Positions 18,878 through 29,135 of a stretch of DNA of 50,565 bases are shown in pieces. This DNA is from Myxococcales bacterium (GTDB lineage Bacteria; Myxococcota_A; Polyangia; Polyangiales; Polyangiaceae). Every line of letters starts with the position of its first letter. The first letter of the stretch is position 1. The translations under genes and the position numbers were made by a program. The stretch spans positions 1 to 50,565 of the forward strand of contig JAYTOU010000070.1 of the NCBI GenBank assembly GCA_043747615.1, read 5' to 3'. The notes beneath the pieces were generated by a model. It made no database searches, was not told where the DNA came from, and saw nothing but the letters and a program-made list of their open reading frames with translations.

Positions 18878-19849
18878 ATGACGACCATTGCTCAAAGAGC
18901 GCTCGGCAAAACAGGCGCGCACGTATCCGCGCTCGGCATGGGCGGTCACCATCTTGGCGGCGCCAAAGACTACGAAGAAGCCGAGAAGATGGTGCATGAC
19001 GCCCTCGATGCCGGCATCACCTTCTTCGACAATTGCTGGGAATACCACAATGGTAAAAGCGAGGTCTGGCTCGGACGCGCACTCGATTCTGGCGCCCGGC
19101 GGCAGAAGGCGTTCGTGATGACGAAAGTCTGCACGCACGGCCGCGACGGAACGCTCGCTTTGAAGATGCTCGACGAATCACTCCGCCGTCTGCGCACGGA
19201 CTACCTCGATTTGTGGCAAGTGCACGGCGTGACGTTCGACAATGACCCGGAGCTTGCGTTCCGCAAAGGCGGAGTCATCGAGGCCCTCGACAGCGCCAAG
19301 CGCGCCGGCAAGGTTCGCCTCGTGGGGTTCACGGGGCACAAGGACCCTCGCATTCATCTAAAGATGCTCTCGTACAAATATCGATTCGACAGCGTGCAGA
19401 TGCCGCTGAACTGCTTCGACGCAAGCTTTCGGAGCTTCGAGCAGCTGGTGCTCCCAGAGCTGCAAAGACAAGGCATTTCGGCGCTTGGAATGAAGCCGAT
19501 GGGAGGGCGGGCAGACGGCATAAAAAAGGGCGTGGTCAGTGCCGAAGAGATGCTCCGGTATGCGATGAGCCTGCCCGTAGCCACGACGATCAGTGGAATG
19601 GAGTCGCCAGACGTGCTGCGAAAGAACATCGCCCTGGCCCAAGCGTTCAAGCCCATGACGGCGGCTGAGATGGTCGTCGTGCGCGACAAGTGTCGAGAGG
19701 CTGCAGGCGACGGCCGCTTCGAGCTCTACAAGACGTCACTCAAGTTCGACAATCCGCACGCGCGATTGACGCACGACTTTCCGGTCGATCCGAAGCAGAA
19801 AGAAGTGGAGGAAGAGCTGCAGCAGGTCATGGGCTCACCGCCACCGTGA
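18878..19849 (+). CDS. aldo/keto reductase (paralog without a signal peptide)
   Basis: LGKTG, DNCWEY, MTKV, LRTDYLDLWQVH; long identical blocks shared with the upstream gene. Confidence 0.88.
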   Translation: MTTIAQRALGKTGAHVSALGMGGHHLGGAKDYEEAEKMVHDALDAGITFFDNCWEYHNGKSEVWLGRALDSGARRQKAFVMTKVCTHGRDGTLALKMLDESLRRLRTDYLDLWQVHGVTFDNDPELAFRKGGVIEALDSAKRAGKVRLVGFTGHKDPRIHLKMLSYKYRFDSVQMPLNCFDASFRSFEQLVLPELQRQGISALGMKPMGGRADGIKKGVVSAEEMLRYAMSLPVATTISGMESPDVLRKNIALAQAFKPMTAAEMVVVRDKCREAAGDGRFELYKTSLKFDNPHARLTHDFPVDPKQKEVEEELQQVMGSPPP

Positions 19850-19946
19850 GGCCACGCGATGAGTCACCGCGATGAGCCAATGGTTCGCACAGACGAGCCT
19901 GCAATAGTCCCTGCGAGCTGCTAGATTCAATTCGGGGCGCTGGCCG

Positions 19947-21896
19947 ATGAAGACACTGGTTTTTGGCGAGGGGGCGGCGTCGTCCGATGCAGCGCGCATT
20001 CTGGCGGCGCGTGGTCATCAGGTGAGCGTCGCGGAGGACCTGACGTCCGCCATTGAAATTCCGGCGCCCATTGCCCTCGTAGTCCTCGTTGGGTCTGCGT
20101 CGAGCACACTCGTCGAGTCGTGTGCCGCGGTCAGGAAGAGTGCGGCCTGTGAATGCGCGGTGATCCTCGCGTCGCTCACGGACGAAGAGCTACCGCTCGT
20201 GTCCGCGCTTCTCGACGCTGGGGCAAACGACTTTCACGCGCGGTCCGTCGGCGTCGAGCCCCTCGAGAGTCGGCTGACCGTCGCCGAGCGAGCGGTGCAC
20301 GCACGTGCCTTGCGGGACGGCGAGCTCTTGCAAAGCACGCAGGTGGCGGAAGCTTTGCGGCAAAGCGAAGAGAGTCTTTTGATCACGCTGCGGAGCATCG
20401 GCGACGCTTTCATCGCGACCGACGCACGCGGCCACATCGTGCAGATGAACCCGACCGCGGAGCTTCTCACTCTTTGCACGCTCGGCGAAGCGGCAGGAAG
20501 GCCGCTCTCCGAGTTCTGCTCGCTTCTCGACGAGTCCACCCGGACCCCTGTGCGGAGCCCCGTCGATCGCGTTCTCGACGAACATAGGGTCGTGAGCATT
20601 CCCCCGAACACCTGCCTCGTCAGGCGGGACGGCACCGAGCGCTCCGTCGCCGATAGTGCCGCACCGATTCGTGATGCGAACGGAAAAGTGAGCGGCGCGG
20701 TCTTGATCCTCCGCGACGTCTCGGCAGCGCGAGCGGCGAGCGCCGAGCGCGAACAGTTGATGGCCCGCCTCGTCTTGAGCGAGCGAATGGCATCGCTAGG
20801 CACGCTGGCCGCCGGGATCGCACACGAAATAAACAACCCGCTCGCGTACGTGATCACCAATCTCGAGCTTCTCGAGGAGGCTTTTCGCACTCCTGCGTTG
20901 CGGCAGGGTGTCGACGCCATGCTGGGTGACGCGCGCGACGGTGCGGAGCGGGTTCGTGCGATCGTGCGCGGGCTGAGCGCCTTTTCCAGCGCAGATGAAG
21001 CGACGCCGGTCCCTATCGACATCGCTCATGTGCTCGATCTCTCGATCCGCATGACCTTCAACCAGATTCGCCAGCGCGCGCGCCTCGTCACCGATTATCA
21101 GCGTGTGCCGGCCGTCCAAGGCGATGAAGCCCGACTCAGTCAGGTCTTCATGAACCTCCTCCTCAACGCGGCCCAAGCTCTTCCCGGGGGCCAGGAGGAG
21201 TCGAACGAGGTGCGGGTCTCCGTGCGTTGTGATGTTGACGGCAACGTCATCGTGGACATTCACGATACGGGTCCCGGCATGGCCCCCGAGGTCGCCGCCC
21301 GCATCTTCGATCCCTTCTTCACCACGAAGCCCGTCGGCGAAGGAACGGGGCTCGGGCTCGCCATTTGTCACGGCATCATCACCTCGATGGGCGGCCAGAT
21401 CTCGGTCGAGAGCGAGCCGGGAAAAGGCACGACGATGCGCGTGATCCTGAAGGCAACGGATCGACCGGCAGTGGAGAAGGCGGCAGCTCCGACCACGCTC
21501 GCGCATGAACCAGGCCCGCGCAGTCGCGTGCTTCTCGTCGACGACGATCCCAGCGTGCTCTCCGCGCTCCGGCGGGCCCTGGCGAGCGAGCACGACGTGG
21601 TGGTCGCGAACGGGGGCGAGGACGGGCTGGCGCATTTCGTCGCGGGCGAGACCTTCGATGCCATCCTTTGCGACCTCATGATGCCGAACGCCACCGGGAT
21701 GGACCTCCACGCCGCGCTCCTCGATCTCGCGCCCGGGCAGGCGGCGCGGATGATCTTCATCACCGGTGGCGCGTTCAGCACGGGTGCGTGTCAGTTCCTC
21801 GAACGCGTGCCGAACTGCCGATTCGAAAAACCCTTCGACCTCGGGAGTCTGCGCACCGCCATACGCGAGCTTTGCGCCAGCTCCACCGCCTCCTGA
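19947..21896 (+). CDS. hybrid sensor histidine kinase (degenerate REC-PAS-HisKA-HATPase-REC)
   Basis: SIGDAFIATD PAS, AHEINNP, NLLLNA, DTGPG, FFTTK, GTGLGL, C-terminal DDD..D..EKP. Confidence 0.92.
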   Translation: MKTLVFGEGAASSDAARILAARGHQVSVAEDLTSAIEIPAPIALVVLVGSASSTLVESCAAVRKSAACECAVILASLTDEELPLVSALLDAGANDFHARSVGVEPLESRLTVAERAVHARALRDGELLQSTQVAEALRQSEESLLITLRSIGDAFIATDARGHIVQMNPTAELLTLCTLGEAAGRPLSEFCSLLDESTRTPVRSPVDRVLDEHRVVSIPPNTCLVRRDGTERSVADSAAPIRDANGKVSGAVLILRDVSAARAASAEREQLMARLVLSERMASLGTLAAGIAHEINNPLAYVITNLELLEEAFRTPALRQGVDAMLGDARDGAERVRAIVRGLSAFSSADEATPVPIDIAHVLDLSIRMTFNQIRQRARLVTDYQRVPAVQGDEARLSQVFMNLLLNAAQALPGGQEESNEVRVSVRCDVDGNVIVDIHDTGPGMAPEVAARIFDPFFTTKPVGEGTGLGLAICHGIITSMGGQISVESEPGKGTTMRVILKATDRPAVEKAAAPTTLAHEPGPRSRVLLVDDDPSVLSALRRALASEHDVVVANGGEDGLAHFVAGETFDAILCDLMMPNATGMDLHAALLDLAPGQAARMIFITGGAFSTGACQFLERVPNCRFEKPFDLGSLRTAIRELCASSTAS

Positions 21897-22092
21897 AACG
21901 AAACCGTCGCTGCGTTGCGGCCTCGCACGAGCTCGTCTGAAAGTGACCCGAAGAGACGCACCGCGCCTGACCGAGGTCGAGGATGAGCAGATTGGGGGCC
22001 CATGTAATCGCGCCTCCTCAGGTTGACGTTAGGGTCGTTGCGCGTAGGGTGCTCGGTCCTGGGACGGCAGCACGTCGCAGCAGGAGCTGCGA

Positions 22093-23643
22093 ATGATGAT
22101 TTCCCCGCGAGGTCGTTCGTCCACCCGACCTGCCCCCGTCACGATGGACGACGCGGTGTCACCGAGCGTCTGGCTCGTCGACGACAGCCCACTTCAGGGT
22201 GAGGTGGCGCGGCAGGCCCTCGCCCGCAGGCATCGGGTCGTCCTATTTGACGGAGCAGCGCCGATGATCGAGCGCCTCTCCACCGGGGACCGGCCAGATA
22301 TTCTCGTGCTCGATTGGCATATGCCCGAGGTCTCGGGCGAAGAAGCATGTCGCTTCGTGCGCACCATCGCCGACGCTGCCGAGCTGCCGATCATCGTCTT
22401 GACCGCGACGGGCGACCAACAAGACCTTCTTGATGGCTTGGCTGCGGGGGCCAACGACTTCGTCAAAAAGCCCGTGCTCGAAGCCGAGCTGAACGCGCGC
22501 ATTTCGTCCCTCGTCCGGATGAAACGCGTTCATGCTCGGCTCGCATCAACGGAGTGGGCGTTGCGAGAAGAAGCGGGTTTTCGCGAGCGCTTTCTGGCAA
22601 TCCTGGCGCATGACTTGCGCCAACCTCTGAATATTTTCTCGGTCGGTAGCGAGGCACTGGCGGCTTCGGACACGCCGCAAGCGGTACGTGACAGGCTGAA
22701 GCTGGTGTTCGCCAAGGCGACCGCACGCATGCAGAGGATGATCGAGGAGCTTCTCGACTTCAGTCGAAGCCGACCGCAAGGCGGCGGAATGCCCATCGTG
22801 GTGCAGCCCACTGATCTGAGCGTCGTCATCCGAGACATTGTCGAGCAAGTCCGACTCGAACACCCGACCCGAACGATCCGGTTCGACGGTTGCGATAGCT
22901 CCGTGGGCAGGTGGGACGCCGATCGCATGGCGCAGGTGGTCGGTAATCTCGTCGAGAACGCGCTAGCTCACAGCGCACCCGCCTCCCCCGTGAATGTCGC
23001 GTTGAACGCCGCGCCGGGCGGCATCGAGCTAACGGTCGAGAACGACGGTGACCCCATCGCGCCCGCACTCGTGCCGATGCTCTTCGACCCCTTCCAACAG
23101 GGAGCGTCACGCACGGCAAACGAGCGGGGCCTTGGTCTCGGCCTGTACATCGTCGATCAAATCGTCAAGGCGCACGGCGGGACGGTCGCCGTCGACTGCG
23201 GAGGCGGACGCGTTCGTTTCAGCGTGGTGGTCCCGCTCGCACCGACCGACGTGAGAGCGGACGTACCGGTCGCGCCGCTGATCCTCGTCGTCGACGACAA
23301 CATGGACAACTCCGCGATGTGCGTTGCGGTCCTCGAGCGCGCGGGGTTTCGTGTTGATCGCGCATCCGACGGAATTGAGGCTCTGGAGAAAATTGCCAAG
23401 GCTCCGCCCGATCTGGTCTTCATGGATCTCGCGATGCCACGAATGGATGGCTGGGAAGCCACGCGGCTCATCAAAGCTGACCCGCTCACGCGGGGTATCG
23501 TCGTCGTCGTCCTGACCGGCCTCTCTGCACCGGCCGATCACGAACGAGCCCGAGCGGCGGGCGCGGAGCAGGTATCGCGGCGGCCGTCGTCTTCACAAGA
23601 AATTCTCGCGCTCACTCGCTTACACCTCGGCGACGCTGCCTAA
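22093..23643 (+). CDS. hybrid histidine kinase (REC-HisKA-HATPase-REC); start may be 22144
   Basis: LVDD..LDWHMP..KKP, AHDLRQP, NLVENA, GLGLGL, second REC MDLAMP. Confidence 0.9.
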   Translation: MMISPRGRSSTRPAPVTMDDAVSPSVWLVDDSPLQGEVARQALARRHRVVLFDGAAPMIERLSTGDRPDILVLDWHMPEVSGEEACRFVRTIADAAELPIIVLTATGDQQDLLDGLAAGANDFVKKPVLEAELNARISSLVRMKRVHARLASTEWALREEAGFRERFLAILAHDLRQPLNIFSVGSEALAASDTPQAVRDRLKLVFAKATARMQRMIEELLDFSRSRPQGGGMPIVVQPTDLSVVIRDIVEQVRLEHPTRTIRFDGCDSSVGRWDADRMAQVVGNLVENALAHSAPASPVNVALNAAPGGIELTVENDGDPIAPALVPMLFDPFQQGASRTANERGLGLGLYIVDQIVKAHGGTVAVDCGGGRVRFSVVVPLAPTDVRADVPVAPLILVVDDNMDNSAMCVAVLERAGFRVDRASDGIEALEKIAKAPPDLVFMDLAMPRMDGWEATRLIKADPLTRGIVVVVLTGLSAPADHERARAAGAEQVSRRPSSSQEILALTRLHLGDAA

Positions 23644-23838
23644 CCGACGCGCTCGAGTGTCCTCGTCCGGCGGCGTCGTGGCCTACCGCGCGGGCTCCGC
23701 GTCACAAGCAACTCAGGGCACGTGGGCAATCCGTTACCCGCGTAGCTTGGTTAGTGATTTAGCCAGCGCACAAATGCGCACACGCGCTTCATGAGCGAAA
23801 ACCAGGCAAATTTGTGGCTTTTGCGAGCGACGAACGAT

Positions 23839-23854
23839 CGGCACGCACGTTGCT
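23839..23854 (+). promoter_or_regulatory. putative sigma54 promoter
   Basis: CGGCACG-CACG-TTGCT, near consensus, 12 nt before the ATG at 23867. Confidence 0.7.
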
Positions 23855-23866
23855 CCATGTCGCGAC

Positions 23867-24625
23867 ATGACCATCACGAACCGGCCGCGTCTGACGACGA
23901 TCCTCTGCGCGACGCTCCTCTCCTTCCTCGCTGCGTGCTCCGGCGCGCCTGACTCGGGGGAGGACACGAGCGCGACTTCGGAGTCGTCGAGCGCAATCAC
24001 CGCGACGGAGCAAGGCGCGTACAACTTCTTCTTGAGCAAGGGGCTCACGAGCTATCAGGCGGCCGGCATCGTCGGAAACTTGATGCAGGAGTCAAACGTG
24101 CAGCCGACCTCCGTACAACCTGGAGGACCGGGGCGAGGGATCGCGCAGTGGTCGGTCGGCGGCCGGTGGAACGCAAGTCACGGTGACAATCTGGAGGCGT
24201 ACGCGAGCGCGCAAGGAGCGTCCCCGACCTCGCTTACGTTGCAGCTCGAGTTCATCTGGTACGAGCTCGAGACCTTCGCGAACTATGGACTGGCCAAGCT
24301 TCGTGCGAGCCGCAGCGTCGCGGCGGCCACCGCCATCTTCCAGACGGACTTCGAAGCCTGCGGGCAGTGCGAACAGACCTCGCGCGTTCGCTACGCTGAG
24401 ATGGTGCTCGCCACTCATGGTGGTGGAGGCGGTGGTGGTGGTGGCAGCGGCGGCAGCGGTGGCGGCGGCGGCGCAACCTGCTACTCCTCGACGCTCCGGA
24501 GCACTGTGCCCCACAACGCGTGCGTCCAGGCCGCGTCAGACCGCGAATGGTACCAGTGCGCGAACGGCTACTGGACCGACCGTTGGACCGATCCCGACGC
24601 GTGCAACGGCGTGCACCCTCTCTAA
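23867..24625 (+). CDS. lipoprotein with a phage-tail-lysozyme domain, Gly linker and 4-Cys C-terminal domain
   Basis: LAAC lipobox; QAAGIVGNLMQES...GRGIAQW...RW...QLEFIWYEL matches the phage tail tip lysozyme family. Confidence 0.8.
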   Translation: MTITNRPRLTTILCATLLSFLAACSGAPDSGEDTSATSESSSAITATEQGAYNFFLSKGLTSYQAAGIVGNLMQESNVQPTSVQPGGPGRGIAQWSVGGRWNASHGDNLEAYASAQGASPTSLTLQLEFIWYELETFANYGLAKLRASRSVAAATAIFQTDFEACGQCEQTSRVRYAEMVLATHGGGGGGGGGSGGSGGGGGATCYSSTLRSTVPHNACVQAASDREWYQCANGYWTDRWTDPDACNGVHPL

Positions 24626-24671
24626 GAGAGCCACCTCCTGGGCGTGGGCGCATCGACGCTGCGAGTGACCG

Positions 24672-24953
24672 TCATTCAACCACGGTGACGCCGTGCCAAA
24701 ACGCGATGCGGTCACGCACGCTCTCCGCCTTTTCCTTCGGCGTCGGGTAGTACCAGGCGGCGTCTTTGTTGACCTCGCCGCCCACGACGACGTCGTGATA
24801 GCTCGCGACGCCTTTCCATCCGCATGTCGTGTGCGTTGTGCTCGGACGCAGCAGCTCGGATCGCACGGCAGACGCAGGAAAATAGTGATTTCCTTCCACG
24901 ACGACGGTGTCGTTGCTCTCCGCGATGATCGTCTCTTTCCAGATGGCTTTCAT
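24672..24953 (-). CDS. DUF427 family protein
   Basis: IAESNDTVVVEGNHYFP, CGWKGVASY, AAWYYP, RIAFW. Confidence 0.9.
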   Translation of the reverse strand: MKAIWKETIIAESNDTVVVEGNHYFPASAVRSELLRPSTTHTTCGWKGVASYHDVVVGGEVNKDAAWYYPTPKEKAESVRDRIAFWHGVTVVE

Positions 24954-25080
24954 TTTATCTACGCTACTACGCATCCTCGACGCGTGGGGCACTGAAGGCG
25001 GCGGGCGGAGGCAAGGCGCAGGCGACCTCGAAACGCACCGCCCCGCAGAGACAGGATCCTCTGTGCATGATCGCTTCGAC

Positions 25081-25128
25081 AAAATAAAAAACGGGGAGGA
25101 TGGTCGCGATAGCCGCGGCATCCTCCCC
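25081..25128 (-). terminator. Rho-independent terminator downstream of the Flp pilin gene
   Basis: GGGGAGGATG...CATCCTCCCC stem followed on the minus strand by TTTTTTATTTT. Confidence 0.8.
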
Positions 25129-25180
25129 TTCCAGTTTCGGTCTCCCGTTTCTTCCGGGGACCTCTGGGTTTGTTAGCTTT

Positions 25181-25369
25181 TCAGATTGCGCCTGTGGCCT
25201 TGCCGACCTGCTGGCTAACCTTCGAGCCGAGCGCCCTGAAGGCCGCCGCGACGAGGATTAGGATTGCGACGAGCATCAAAGCGTACTCAACGGCGGTCGC
25301 GCCCTTCTCGTTCTTGACGAGGCTCTTGATGGAGTTCTTGGCGGCGATCATCTTGAGGTTGGTCTTCAT
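25181..25369 (-). CDS. flp: Flp family type IVb/Tad pilin
   Basis: G/ATAVEY processing motif followed by a hydrophobic helix; AGGAG RBS. Confidence 0.9.
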   Translation of the reverse strand: MKTNLKMIAAKNSIKSLVKNEKGATAVEYALMLVAILILVAAAFRALGSKVSQQVGKATGAI

Positions 25370-25501
25370 GGTGGTGTTCTCCTGGTTATTTGCGGTTTTT
25401 GGGGTTCACATGCTCAACGGTGTTCGATGCGTACGATGCTCGCTTGCGTCGACCTCAGGGAACCAGTTCGCGGTCTCTACCTGCCGTGTCGACGGAAACT
25501 G

Positions 25502-25521
25502 ATTATACACGTCTCGTGCCA
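25502..25521 (-). promoter_or_regulatory. pilin promoter (sigma54-like -24 box overlapping TATAAT)
   Basis: The minus strand reads TGGCACG-AGAC-GTGTATAAT, about 135 nt upstream of flp. Confidence 0.5.
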
Positions 25522-25738
25522 GTACAATTTTCTTTCGTCGCGGAACGCCCTCGGCTCAGGGACGCGTATTTCTCGAGGATTCGTGAGGTCGCGCGGGGTT
25601 CGGTGGGTAGTCGTTTGATCACCCCCCATGGACAGTTGATCCAATGGGAGCGTTCTCTACGTTGGGCGCCCGTGTGAGCCTCGCGCCGCGACGCGATCCG
25701 CTCGCCGTCGAGGACCGCGCCGCGCATAGTGAGGCCAC

Positions 25739-26665
25739 GTGAGCTTCACACCGCCGCCAACCGATCCGCCCCGTCGCTCCCGCCCGTGGCTGGTGGCCCC
25801 TCTCTTATGGTTGTTCGGTTCGACCTTCACGCACGTGTCCGTCGCGGGTCTCATGTTCTTGGGAGGCAGCGCGACGGCTGCGGGCGGAGAGGCAGGCGTG
25901 CGGGGCGGCGGCGACACGAGCCACGACATTTCGGTGCTGGGCGTCGAAGGCAACGAGGTCGCGCCGCCCGCGGCCATCGATCATGCGCCGCCGCCCGTCC
26001 CTCCGTCGAAGACGCCGCCGCCGGAGATCGCAACGCCCCCGGAGCCGCCCGATCCGGAGGGAAGCCTTCCCCACGCCGACACGCCGCCCCGTCCGATTGT
26101 CCCGCGCGTACCGGGAGGCACCTCGTCGAACGGGGGACGCGCACCTGGGCCCGTGCGGCTAGGGAGCGAGCTCGCCGACGGACCGAACGGCGACTCCATC
26201 GAGGGCCAGCGCGCGCTCCTCCCCCGCGCCGTGAGCTGCAAAGATCCCGTCGAGGGGGTCTGGGAGTCGTTGAAGTACAATCCGGCCTCGCGAACGTGGG
26301 TGCGCTTCACGCTCCTAGTGCATCGCGCGGCGGGCGGCACGCTCACCGGCTCCATCCTCTCGCACACCTGGTACGGCAACGAGCTCGATCGCACGCCGCC
26401 CGCATGCTCGCCGTTCGGTTTCGAGATAAGCGTCTCGATGGTCGCTCGCGGGCAGGTCGATCGCGTGACTCACCTTCGCTTCGGCGCGTCGTCGTATTCG
26501 ATCGTAGCTACGCAGTGCCCGACCGAGCACGCGAACTACGCGCCGGACAACTTCAGCGGCGCGATCGACACCATCCGCGAGGAGTTCCAGTCGACCAACA
26601 ATGACGGCGCGGTAGACATCGACGTGCCTTACGTCTTCCGCCGCACGGGCTGCCTCGACGAATAG
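25739..26665 (+). CDS. membrane-anchored Pro-rich hypothetical protein with a 4-Cys C-terminal domain
   Basis: N-terminal TM segment, Pro-rich stalk, GC3-rich codon pattern. Confidence 0.65.
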   Translation: MSFTPPPTDPPRRSRPWLVAPLLWLFGSTFTHVSVAGLMFLGGSATAAGGEAGVRGGGDTSHDISVLGVEGNEVAPPAAIDHAPPPVPPSKTPPPEIATPPEPPDPEGSLPHADTPPRPIVPRVPGGTSSNGGRAPGPVRLGSELADGPNGDSIEGQRALLPRAVSCKDPVEGVWESLKYNPASRTWVRFTLLVHRAAGGTLTGSILSHTWYGNELDRTPPACSPFGFEISVSMVARGQVDRVTHLRFGASSYSIVATQCPTEHANYAPDNFSGAIDTIREEFQSTNNDGAVDIDVPYVFRRTGCLDE

Positions 26666-26888
26666 TGGCTGCGTGACGGTGATCACGCGGCCCGAGTTGC
26701 GCTGCTGATTGATTTGTACGTTCCCACTGCGCAAGGCACGTTCTAGTGCGCGCACGGCGCCGAAGAGGAAAAAGCACGCACCGAGCGGGCCGGTTTTTCA
26801 CACCGGCGGCAATGTGCACGATCCTCTGAACGGCAGCATCTCCGCGCCCGCCCACTAACTCTCCGGCCACGCCACACAGACTAGGGGC

Positions 26889-27467
26889 TCAGCGCTCGTG
26901 GCCGCCTGCGCACCACGTTGCATGAAAGGTCCCCTTGGCGTTGCCGGAAGGAAACATGACGTCGATGGTACCGTCGACGGCAACGTCTTTCACATACGAC
27001 GTCAACGTCACGCTCCCCGAGACGGCGCGCGCCTCCGGGCTCGTCGGACTGAAGTAATTCACTTCCGAGACATTCGCACCGGCGTGCGGCGCGCTCGGTG
27101 CGGCTGCTCCGGTAGCCGTCGTGCCGACGATCATCTCCATCGCTTGGGTGCCCGCGGGAAGAGACGGAGCCCACCCTGAGGCTTTGGAGATATCGTTGCA
27201 GCTCACGGGGGTGGAGAAGACGTAGAGAAACGGGCCGCCCGCCGATTCGGCGGGGTCGCCAGGCATGCCCACCCAGTAGGCGGCGACAATCGGCTTGATC
27301 GCGTCCGCTCCGTAATTCCCGGTGACGTTGGCGTTGCCCCCCAGGCCGCCGCTGTCTCCATTGAGCTTCGTTGCGTCGGGTGCTGGCGCAGTCGTGGTGG
27401 AGCTGCATGCGGCAAGGCAGAGAGCAGCGATGGCATTCGGGAGAACAAGTCGAAGAGCTCGGATCAT
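26889..27467 (-). CDS. hypothetical lipoprotein
   Basis: MIRALRLVLPNAIAALCLAA-C lipobox; beta-rich mature part ending FHATWC. Confidence 0.7.
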   Translation of the reverse strand: MIRALRLVLPNAIAALCLAACSSTTTAPAPDATKLNGDSGGLGGNANVTGNYGADAIKPIVAAYWVGMPGDPAESAGGPFLYVFSTPVSCNDISKASGWAPSLPAGTQAMEMIVGTTATGAAAPSAPHAGANVSEVNYFSPTSPEARAVSGSVTLTSYVKDVAVDGTIDVMFPSGNAKGTFHATWCAGGHER

Positions 27468-27772
27468 GAAATGCCCGGGGTGCAAGATGACGACCGCGCG
27501 TGGTGGACGCTCGAATTGCAGGGAAACGCGGCAGCCGATGCGGGGCGAGCCGTTCACTCGTGAACGTCGTGGCAAGCAATTGCGCCTCAGTTGGGCGAAA
27601 CGAGCGAACGAGCGGCAACACCGAGTGATGCCAGCCGGCGTCAGATAAAGCGTTCGCACGAGCGGCGTAATGCCCCGATTATCTTCATGCATACTGCACG
27701 CACATAGCCTAGCTCAGGCGCTAAACACGCGAGCGCGCCTTGTGTTCGCGTGCGTCCGGTCTAAGGTCTGGG

Positions 27773-28960
27773 ATGCGCAGCACGCTATGCGACTTCATTG
27801 CCTCGAACCGCGAGGAGGTCCTAGCGCGCGCGCGACTGCGTGTCGCCGCGAGGGACGAGACGTCTGCGTCGGGGGCGGATGAGGCGCAGGGGCTGCCGGT
27901 TTTTTTGGATCAACTCCAAACTTCGCTGGAGCGCGCAGGCCGACAGGCGGACTTCGACCACTCCGAGTTGAAAGCGAGTGCGTCCGTCCATGGCGGTCAT
28001 CTGTTTCATCAAGGGCTGTCCGTTTCGCAGGTCGTCAACGCTTATGGAGACATTTGCCAAGTCGTTACGGCACTCGCGATAGAACGGAATGAGAGCATCG
28101 CGTCCGACGAATTCCAGACGCTCAACCTTTGTCTCGACGACGCCACCGCCGGCGCGGTGACCGCTTTTTCGCAGCACCGCGAGCGAGCGATCGCGTCCGC
28201 TGCCTCCGCCGCGGGGACCGAACGGCTCGGCGTCCTCGCCCACGACATGCGCAACCTGCTCAGCACGGCGATGCTCAGCTTCGGGATCATTCAGAAAGGC
28301 AATGTGAGCCCTGGAGGCAGCACGGGCGCCGTTCATGCGCGGACTTTGACGGCGCTAAACGCGCTCATCGATCGTTCGCTCGCTGACGTGCGTCTCGACT
28401 CCGGGATGCAGAACGTCCAGCGCATTGCCGTGCGGGAGATCATCGAGGAGGTGGCGATCGGCGCTGTGCTGATTGCGCAAGCGCGGGGGCGCGGCCTCAT
28501 CGTGGTCAACGTCGACGCCACGATCACGGTGGACGCAGACCGGCAGATCCTCGCCGCGGCGATCGCAAATCTGGTGCAGAACGCCTTCAAGTTCACGCGT
28601 CGCGGCTCCACGGTGACCCTGCGCGCGAGCTCGACCACGACCCGTGTCCTCGTCGAGATCGAAGACGAGTGCGGCGGGCTGCCCCCCGGCAAAGCAGAGG
28701 AATTGCTACAACCATTCAGCCAGCGGGGCACCGATCTTACCGGCTTGGGCCTCGGCCTTTCGATCTGCCTCAAGGCGGCTAGGTCGATGGGCGGCGATCT
28801 TGTCATCCGCGACGTGCCCGGCAAGGGCTGCGTCTTTGCGCTCGACCTGCCAAAGCAGCCACCCCCGCCGACCTCGATTTTTGATCATCCCAAGAACCGC
28901 AAGAGCGACCCAGGCGGCTCGATCCCCGGCGCAGCCGGTCGAAGCGGATCGTCCCGATAA
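27773..28960 (+). CDS. cytoplasmic histidine kinase with an N-terminal RsbRD_N-like helical domain
   Basis: HGGHLFHQGLSVSQVVNAYGDICQ, AHDMRN, NLVQNAFKF, DECGG, GLGLGL. Confidence 0.85.
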   Translation: MRSTLCDFIASNREEVLARARLRVAARDETSASGADEAQGLPVFLDQLQTSLERAGRQADFDHSELKASASVHGGHLFHQGLSVSQVVNAYGDICQVVTALAIERNESIASDEFQTLNLCLDDATAGAVTAFSQHRERAIASAASAAGTERLGVLAHDMRNLLSTAMLSFGIIQKGNVSPGGSTGAVHARTLTALNALIDRSLADVRLDSGMQNVQRIAVREIIEEVAIGAVLIAQARGRGLIVVNVDATITVDADRQILAAAIANLVQNAFKFTRRGSTVTLRASSTTTRVLVEIEDECGGLPPGKAEELLQPFSQRGTDLTGLGLGLSICLKAARSMGGDLVIRDVPGKGCVFALDLPKQPPPPTSIFDHPKNRKSDPGGSIPGAAGRSGSSR

Positions 28961-29135
28961 GCCCACGGGCCGATGGGAGCGGCGTGGCCGTTTTGCGGTC
29001 GACGATCGCGCTCGTTGCGATTTGCCACACGTGGGGCGTGTGCAGTGACCCTGAGTTTGACGCCATTTTGAGATGATTTCGCGCAAGCGGAGCGGTGAAG
29101 GCGTGCGCATGCGCTTTGCACTTGGGCGCTCTCTC

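Noticed and set aside
19926..19933. TTCAATTC as a third att copy
   Set aside because: Only 8 bp match with no further similarity
24419..24473. GGT/GGC microsatellite (also GACGAAGAC at 31398-31447)
   Set aside because: Coding low-complexity Gly linker and acidic tail
23867..24625. prophage
   Set aside because: The lysozyme domain sits in a lipoprotein and no structural, terminase or replication genes are nearby
25430..25500. c-di-GMP-I riboswitch before flp
   Set aside because: Only a GACGCAAG resemblance; the GCAAAC/GNRA architecture is not evident
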